From Eledone cirrhosa (lineage: Eukaryota): a stretch of 64,000 bases of DNA. A program made the translations under genes and the position numbers. The stretch covers positions 52,948,001 to 53,012,000 of the forward strand of contig OZ024746.1 of the NCBI GenBank assembly GCA_964016885.1. The letters are read 5' to 3'. Under the pieces are notes generated by a model. The model had not been told where the DNA came from and made no database searches. It worked only from the letters and a program-made list of their open reading frames with translations. Shown in pieces: positions 63,999-64,000 of this stretch (the stretch's first letter is position 1; the number at the start of each line of letters is the position of its first letter).

Positions 63999-64000
63999 TG

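Larger units (their letters stand above)
1..64000. repeat. Tandem minisatellite/satellite array with 42/45-bp monomer GATGGTAGT(GTT)4-5ATTGTAGTTAGTGGTTKCTGW, ~1,450 copies, extending beyond both window edges
   Basis: The same monomer occurs in the same orientation throughout. Length variants mostly differ by whole GTT triplets (39/42/45/48 bp). No non-repeat sequence was seen. Confidence 0.99.

Noticed and set aside
1-64000. CRISPR array
   Set aside because: There are no unique spacers between repeats, no palindromic repeat and no cas genes. Monomers are directly adjacent.
1-64000. One intact giant mucin exon of ~21,000 codons
   Set aside because: Dozens of recurrent in-frame stops and non-triplet indels occur left of 59343.
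1-64000. + strand coding, including a TGA-readthrough or selenocysteine reading (VVVVVIVVSGC*DGS)
   Set aside because: Two + frames have TAG in nearly every monomer and the third has TGA in about half. The TGA/TGT alternation is the A/T monomer polymorphism, and no SECIS-like or unique sequence is present.
1-64000. Canonical telomere tract or strong G-quadruplex array
   Set aside because: There are no tandem TTAGG or TTAGGG units, only two GG dinucleotides per consensus monomer, and GGG is rare.
1-64000. Mobile element, rRNA, tRNA or structured ncRNA
   Set aside because: No non-repeat segment, terminal repeat or inversion was seen. The near absence of C on the + strand leaves little capacity for Watson-Crick hairpins.

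Overview
The whole 64 kb window is one uninterrupted head-to-tail tandem array of about 1,450 monomers (64,000 bp / ~44 bp). The + strand consensus is GATGGTAGT(GTT)4-5ATTGTAGTTAGTGGTT[G/T]CTG[A/T], 42 or 45 bp. I see no unique sequence, inversion, transposon insertion, RNA gene or conventional gene. The + strand is very G/T-rich and nearly C-free (45-mer: 22 T, 16 G, 6 A, 1 C). On the - strand the monomer reads as a mucin-like PTS peptide, TTTTTLPSQQPLTTI. That frame appears open from the right window edge down to a TAA at 59343 (~1,550 codons, no ATG in the window). Left of that it is repeatedly broken by a few stop and frameshift alleles that were themselves amplified. All six supplied ORFs start at copies of one ATA>ATG variant monomer and are most likely not genes. 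Rare variants reveal nested duplications (about 84, 180, 255, 360, 1332, 2215, 4600-4660 and 8550-8600 bp), an irregular ~3 kb higher-order cassette, and left-to-right zonation of variants. Best reading: a large eukaryotic minisatellite/satellite with possible mucin-exon ancestry. Organism and function cannot be determined from this window, and all positions were read by eye.
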